From IMG/VR virus record IMGVR_UViG_3300025848_000036: a DNA stretch of 20,000 nucleotides; one strand, given 5' to 3'. Both the position numbers and the translations under genes were made by a program. The notes below the pieces were generated by a model that had not been told where the DNA came from, ran no database searches, and was given only the letters and a program-made list of their open reading frames with translations. Every line of letters begins with the position of its first letter. Positions within the stretch are counted from its first letter, which is position 1. Of the stretch, positions 16,288 to 20,000 are shown piece after piece. The DNA is from an uncultured virus (IMG/VR IMGVR_UViG_3300025848_000036) (Duplodnaviria > Heunggongvirae > Uroviricota > Caudoviricetes).

Positions 16288-16502
16288 TTTAGTTCTCCTT
16301 TCAAGAGACTTTCTTATTTAATTCTTTATAGTAGAATACTAGCAGATAAATCTCAAAAAGTCAAGTCGACACGCAGGACAAAACGGACATTTTAACAAAT
16401 ATTTTTGTGGTATTCATCACACTTACTTAAAATGGACAAAACGGACATGGCTCGGGCAATTTTTGCGGTGATTGTCAAGATCAACACGCAAAAACTTTTT
16501 AT

Positions 16503-16715
16503 TTAGTCAAAGTAAATTGCACCTTTAACGTCTTTATGATTAACACAAACATTACCACGTGGAATTTCTACGTGACATTTGAAACAGAGCATTTTAACTT
16601 CTGCTTTTGTTAAAATTGCTAATTCTAAATCTAACTTAGTATCAGCAGAAGCATTTTCTAGTGCAACCCAACCTGCACCATTTGAATTCATTTCAAAAAT
16701 TTCTAAAGTAGCCAT
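16503..16715 (-). CDS. Hypothetical protein with C-terminal CxxC...CxxH
   Basis: ORF track; probable start MATLE after GGAG. Confidence 0.7.
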   Translation of the reverse strand: MATLEIFEMNSNGAGWVALENASADTKLDLELAILTKAEVKMLCFKCHVEIPRGNVCVNHKDVKGAIYFD

Positions 16716-16720
16716 TAGGA

Positions 16721-16927
16721 TTACTCCCAACTTCTAGTAGTAGCGAATACTACACGCTTACTAGGTGTGTAGTTTTCTAACTCTTTCAAGTTAGTTTCTA
16801 GGATAACTCCCTTTTGAGAGAGTAGGTCTAACATTTCGTTAGCAGATTGTTCATCTTTTACGAGAACACCTAAACAAGTACCAAACTCGTTTTCTGAGTA
16901 TTGAATTTTATAACTTAGTGAAAACAT
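16721..16927 (-). CDS. Hypothetical protein
   Basis: AGAAAGGA RBS; promoter at 16981-17002. Confidence 0.75.
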   Translation of the reverse strand: MFSLSYKIQYSENEFGTCLGVLVKDEQSANEMLDLLSQKGVILETNLKELENYTPSKRVVFATTRSWE

Positions 16928-16980
16928 TTTGTTTTCCTTTCTTTAGAAGTAACCTTTACTTCTTTATCTTTATACTACGT

Positions 16981-17196
16981 ATCCTAACATAGACCACTGA
17001 CATTTTCAGGGGTATAAATGGGATAAATTGGACATTGTGGCGTACCTCACATATGACGTACATCACATACGTAGTTATCCACAGAGTTATCCACAGCCCC
17101 GAGGAGATGTCCGTTTTGCCCTATTTATGGTGTGGGGTACATCACATGCGACACGCCGTGGTAGGACTTGACTTTTGGGGAATAGTGTGCTATTAT
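16981..17196. promoter_or_regulatory. Divergent regulatory hub: two outward promoters, 3 CRP-like boxes, 2 DnaA boxes, CCCGAG, 2 GGACAT motifs and a GACAC box
   Basis: DnaA boxes at 17075-83 and 17087-95; CRP-like boxes at 17036, 17052 and 17131; plus-strand promoter TTGACT-17-TATTAT at 17168-17196. Confidence 0.75.
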
Positions 17197-17247
17197 TCTA
17201 CTATAAGAAAAATTAAATAAGAAAGTATCTAAGAAAGGATAACTAAA

Positions 17248-17394
17248 ATGAATACATTTAACAAACTTCACCCAATCTGTCCAACATGTGGACATGTATC
17301 CCCTGAAAGTCAGGATAGGATATGCCCTAAAGACAAGACCTACAAGGTCATGGAAATCCTCACATTTGATGAGAACATGTACCTTGTGAGGTAA
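17248..17394 (+). CDS. Small Cys protein, 48 aa (MNTFNKLHPICPTCG...ICPKD)
   Basis: Manually translated. AGAAAGGA RBS. Confidence 0.65.
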   Translation: MNTFNKLHPICPTCGHVSPESQDRICPKDKTYKVMEILTFDENMYLVR

Positions 17395-17421
17395 CTCACA
17401 CACGACACGCCGTCAAGGTGC

Positions 17422-17450
17422 TTGACTTTTGGCAGGGTATCTGATAGGAT
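17422..17450 (+). promoter_or_regulatory. sigmaA promoter
   Basis: TTGACT-17-TAGGAT, preceded by CGACACGCC and TGTGA-N6-TCACA. Confidence 0.75.
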
Positions 17451-17503
17451 ACTCCTAGAAAATTAAATAAGATTATTACTACTAAAAAGAAAGGTGGTCT
17501 AAA

Positions 17504-17707
17504 ATGACTACACTAACAATTACAAATACTACCCTTTGCGATAAGGGACATACTCCTCACAAGGAGAGCATCTCAGTTGTTGCTCACAACTTTGATGATG
17601 CTGATTACTACACTTTCTGTGAAGTGTGTGAAAATAACATTGAAATGTTTTCCTACTATGATGATGATTGTGGCGTTCGCTACTCTAAGTGGAGTGTTTC
17701 TAAATGA
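17504..17707 (+). CDS. Hypothetical protein (CDKGH...CEVC)
   Basis: GAAAGGTGG RBS. Confidence 0.75.
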   Translation: MTTLTITNTTLCDKGHTPHKESISVVAHNFDDADYYTFCEVCENNIEMFSYYDDDCGVRYSKWSVSK

Positions 17708-17817
17708 ATAACCTACACATCTACATCTGTGACAGTTGCGATACATTAGCAACAATAACCCAAGAGGGTGCAACAATAACAATAAATAAATGTAAGTGTT
17801 CTAAGGAGAACAACTAA
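17704..17817 (+). CDS. Small Cys protein, 37 aa
   Basis: Manually translated. CDSC...CKC; ATGA overlap. Confidence 0.55.
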   Translation: MNNLHIYICDSCDTLATITQEGATITINKCKCSKENN

Positions 17818-17991
17818 ATGAAAGTAACATTAACCTCAATGAGTGGCAACACTCGCAACATACAATTACAATCTAAACAAGAAGTGTTAGATTTTATTGA
17901 TTTATTTAAATCAACTATGGATAAACACACAAGGGTAAAAATTACTTGTGATTTGGTTGGGATAGATGGGTACCTACAAGGTACAAAATAA
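17818..17991 (+). CDS. Hypothetical protein, 57 aa, paralog of 15564..15746
   Basis: Manually translated as MKVTLTSMSGNTRNIQLQSKQEVLDFI...RVKITCDLVGIDGYLQGTK; AAGGAG RBS. Confidence 0.75.
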   Translation: MKVTLTSMSGNTRNIQLQSKQEVLDFIDLFKSTMDKHTRVKITCDLVGIDGYLQGTK

Positions 17992-18000
17992 ACCCCTAGG

Positions 18001-18037
18001 TAGTGGGTGACGAAATCACGTCCTCACTATCTTTTTT
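18001..18037 (+). terminator. Putative intrinsic terminator
   Basis: Imperfect hairpin TAGTGGG...CTCACTA followed by a T-run. Confidence 0.5.
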
Positions 18038-18122
18038 ATATTTTTATTCTTAGATCATGCATCATTCATCTGCAAAAAATATTCAGATTTACATGAAATA
18101 GATAGTGTGCTACAATAGTATT

Positions 18123-18548
18123 ATGGAAAATGAAATTTGGAAACCAGTAAAATCAATCACATTACGCAATGGCACTGTTTGGTATTTTGAGGGATATGAA
18201 GTATCCAATTACGGCAGGGTACGAACATATAAGCAAAAATATGGAAGAATGCCAGCATCCTCAAAGGGTACTATAAATAATAGGCCATTAAGATCAAGTC
18301 CAACACTAATCAATGGTCGTTCTGATAAAAAAGGTTATATACAGTTTTATTTATCTGATATAAACAAAAAAAGACATAACGTTAGAGCACATGTATTAGT
18401 TATGCAAACCTTTAAAGGACTTCCAAACGAATATGAGGTGGTTTGTCACTATAATGATATTAAAACTGACAATCGACTTGATAATTTACGATATGACACT
18501 ATGAAAGCAAACTCTGCTGACTCTAAAAGAAATAAGGCGTATAATTAA
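18123..18548 (+). CDS. NUMOD4-HNH homing endonuclease, leaderless
   Basis: EIWKPV...YEVSNYGRVR (NUMOD4); AHVLVMQTF...VCHYNDIKTDNRLDNL (HNH); TACAAT 6 nt upstream of the ATG. Confidence 0.9.
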   Translation: MENEIWKPVKSITLRNGTVWYFEGYEVSNYGRVRTYKQKYGRMPASSKGTINNRPLRSSPTLINGRSDKKGYIQFYLSDINKKRHNVRAHVLVMQTFKGLPNEYEVVCHYNDIKTDNRLDNLRYDTMKANSADSKRNKAYN

Positions 18549-18551
18549 GAT

Positions 18552-18656
18552 ATGTGCGAAGATAAAGATTGTCAATGTGAATCAAAACCCATAACACCAA
18601 CAGATGCTATGGGTAGAGAAATGTTTTGGCTAGACTTAGGTCGTCCTCAAGACTGA
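18552..18656 (+). CDS. Small peptide, 34 aa, leaderless (MCEDKDCQCESK...)
   Basis: TATAAT at 18540-18545, 6 nt upstream of the ATG. Confidence 0.45.
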   Translation: MCEDKDCQCESKPITPTDAMGREMFWLDLGRPQD

Positions 18657-18793
18657 TTTTCAGCAGCGATACGATCTCGCCAATACTTTTCAGTATACTT
18701 ACGCATATTGGCAATATCCTCATATTTTTCACGGGTATCTTCAGTAAGATCCTCTAGATCACAATTCATAAGATAAGACTTTAGATCATCCAT
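18647..18793 (-). CDS. Hypothetical protein, 48 aa
   Basis: Manually translated. GGAG RBS; overlaps the upstream stop. Confidence 0.55.
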   Translation of the reverse strand: MDDLKSYLMNCDLEDLTEDTREKYEDIANMRKYTEKYWRDRIAAENQS

Positions 18794-18974
18794 TTATAAC
18801 TCCATTTTCCTTAAGTACGTCATATAGCATTCCATTGACGTATGTTAACTCTTGTTGAGCCTTTAGAATATATTCTTCAATTTGTTTGGAATCTATTCCT
18901 TGTTGTGCAGCCATTTGTCGATTAAAAGAATTAATCGTATCAGTCATTAACTGAACTGCTTCATCTTTATACAT
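18786..18974 (-). CDS. Hypothetical protein
   Basis: ORF track; probable start MYKDE. Confidence 0.7.
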   Translation of the reverse strand: MYKDEAVQLMTDTINSFNRQMAAQQGIDSKQIEEYILKAQQELTYVNGMLYDVLKENGVING

Positions 18975-19194
18975 TGTTATTCCCATCTACTCCAAATGGC
19001 CAAGGATAGTAACTATATCCCAATAGTTTTTCAGCCATGCCATTTGCACTTTTTGTAATATTAAATTCGTTCAATGCAATATCTGCCTCAGACATTCCAC
19101 TATTACGAAGTTCTTCTATTTTTGAATTTGTTATTTTTTCTACAGTTTCAAAATACTGCATTACTTTTTCTTTATGCTCTTCTGGAATTGCCAT
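18967..19194 (-). CDS. Hypothetical protein
   Basis: ORF track; probable start MAIPE. Confidence 0.7.
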   Translation of the reverse strand: MAIPEEHKEKVMQYFETVEKITNSKIEELRNSGMSEADIALNEFNITKSANGMAEKLLGYSYYPWPFGVDGNNNV

Positions 19195-19195
19195 T

Positions 19196-19393
19196 TCACC
19201 ACTTCCCAACTGGACATTTTGCCTTAGATAATGTTGTTTTCATTTTCATAAAACATCCACATTTTCTACAAGTTTTTGGAACTGGACGAAAATGTTCACA
19301 TGTTTTGCAAATCTCATATCTTTCAAGTGCGACGGTATCAAGAACTCGTTCTGATCCATTGATCAAATCCCAAGGCTTAGCATCATCCGTCAT
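19196..19393 (-). CDS. DUF6171-like Cys-rich protein
   Basis: ERYEICKTCEH...CRKCGCFM..K......CPVGKW pattern. Confidence 0.75.
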   Translation of the reverse strand: MTDDAKPWDLINGSERVLDTVALERYEICKTCEHFRPVPKTCRKCGCFMKMKTTLSKAKCPVGKW

Positions 19394-19911
19394 TTCCACT
19401 CAATCTCCTGATTATACGTTACAGAATACTCTCCTGTAAAGATTTCTGCATAACTTATTATATCAGACATATACCTTTTGACCGTATTTACTCCTACCTT
19501 ATCCACAAGGTATTTCTGACCTGTGACGAGTTGCTTATGTGGGATTTGTTCTGATAGAAATGCTTCATTGAGGGTTTGGATATACCGTTCTTTTCCATAC
19601 CGCTTGTTTGTAAAAGACTGGTTTGGATATATTTCTCTTATCTTTTTATCTTCTTCCTGTATTACATCTGTGTTCCAGATCACATAGGATACGGGATCAC
19701 ATTCCATCCTAGACGACCATCTTCGCATATTATCTCCGTACTTCTCCATATTCTGTAAAGTAGAATCGGAGAAAGCCATGCGTATGCGGTCGGTAAGAGA
19801 TGTTTGGACTTCTGTTGCAAACGCAACCAAATATGCGGTAGCGTAAGGAAACTTGGCGGAATAAGTATTAACGCTGTAATGTGTATTAGGGTTAAAAGAC
19901 TTATCAGACAT
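19390..19911 (-). CDS. Hypothetical protein
   Basis: ORF track; start uncertain (19911, 19932 or 19962). Confidence 0.65.
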   Translation of the reverse strand: MSDKSFNPNTHYSVNTYSAKFPYATAYLVAFATEVQTSLTDRIRMAFSDSTLQNMEKYGDNMRRWSSRMECDPVSYVIWNTDVIQEEDKKIREIYPNQSFTNKRYGKERYIQTLNEAFLSEQIPHKQLVTGQKYLVDKVGVNTVKRYMSDIISYAEIFTGEYSVTYNQEIEWK

Positions 19912-20000
19912 ACTATCTTCTTTTAAGCGCATGTGGTTTCCGATCGAAACAAAACCATTCATGTCACAGTCAACGAAAAGACATTCTGTCGGATTTACAT

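Larger units (their letters stand above)
15962..16313 (-). repeat. Duplicated 32-33 nt leader/RBS/start unit (15962-15993 and 16281-16313)
   Basis: GAAAGTCTCTTGAAAGGAGAACTAAA(A)TGTCAG at both sites. Confidence 0.9.

Noticed and set aside
17035..17782. Track ORFs 17035..17220 (+), 17125..17403 (-) and 17573..17782 (-)
   Set aside because: They overlap the regulatory hub or run antisense to RBS-supported plus-strand genes.
561..19758. Many plus-strand ORFs in the track (e.g. 561, 713, 1416, 1577, 2440, 2818, 5587, 6282, 7947, 8203, 9237, 9560, 11992, 13136, 19037, 19074, 19576)
   Set aside because: Antisense shadows of better-supported minus-strand genes; no RBS or promoter, and atypical composition.
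1..20000. tRNA/rRNA genes, integrase, transposase, structural genes, alternative genetic code
   Set aside because: No cloverleaf or recognisable motifs seen. Genes pack tightly with all three standard stop codons, so recoding is not indicated.

Overview
AT-rich (roughly one third GC by eye), gene-dense segment of a large dsDNA bacteriophage. An actinobacterial host is inferred from leaderless genes, AGAAAGGA-type RBSs, and CRP/GlxR-like and WhiA-like (GACAC) boxes. Most genes are small hypothetical ORFs on the minus strand, with a divergence point at about 16930-17250. Recognisable genes: luciferase-like (LLM) monooxygenase, two 2OG-Fe(II) oxygenases, PduO-type cobalamin adenosyltransferase, GIY-YIG-like protein, DUF932/TIGR03299 protein, gp88-like Fe-S protein, NUMOD4-HNH endonuclease and a DUF6171-like protein. 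The most striking content is non-coding. (i) Five copies of a ~26-30 nt covarying H-type pseudoknot RNA motif lie downstream of stop codons. (ii) The intergenic spacers from about 9.1 to 17.45 kb are assembled from one repeated motif kit: TGTGA-N6-TCACA boxes, CGACACGCC, AAAACGGACAT, CCCGAG, paired DnaA boxes, and sigmaA promoters, five of which carry a fixed-position TGTCAG. (iii) There is a larger structured-RNA candidate at about 11340-11517. All family assignments come from motif recognition by eye; no searches were run.
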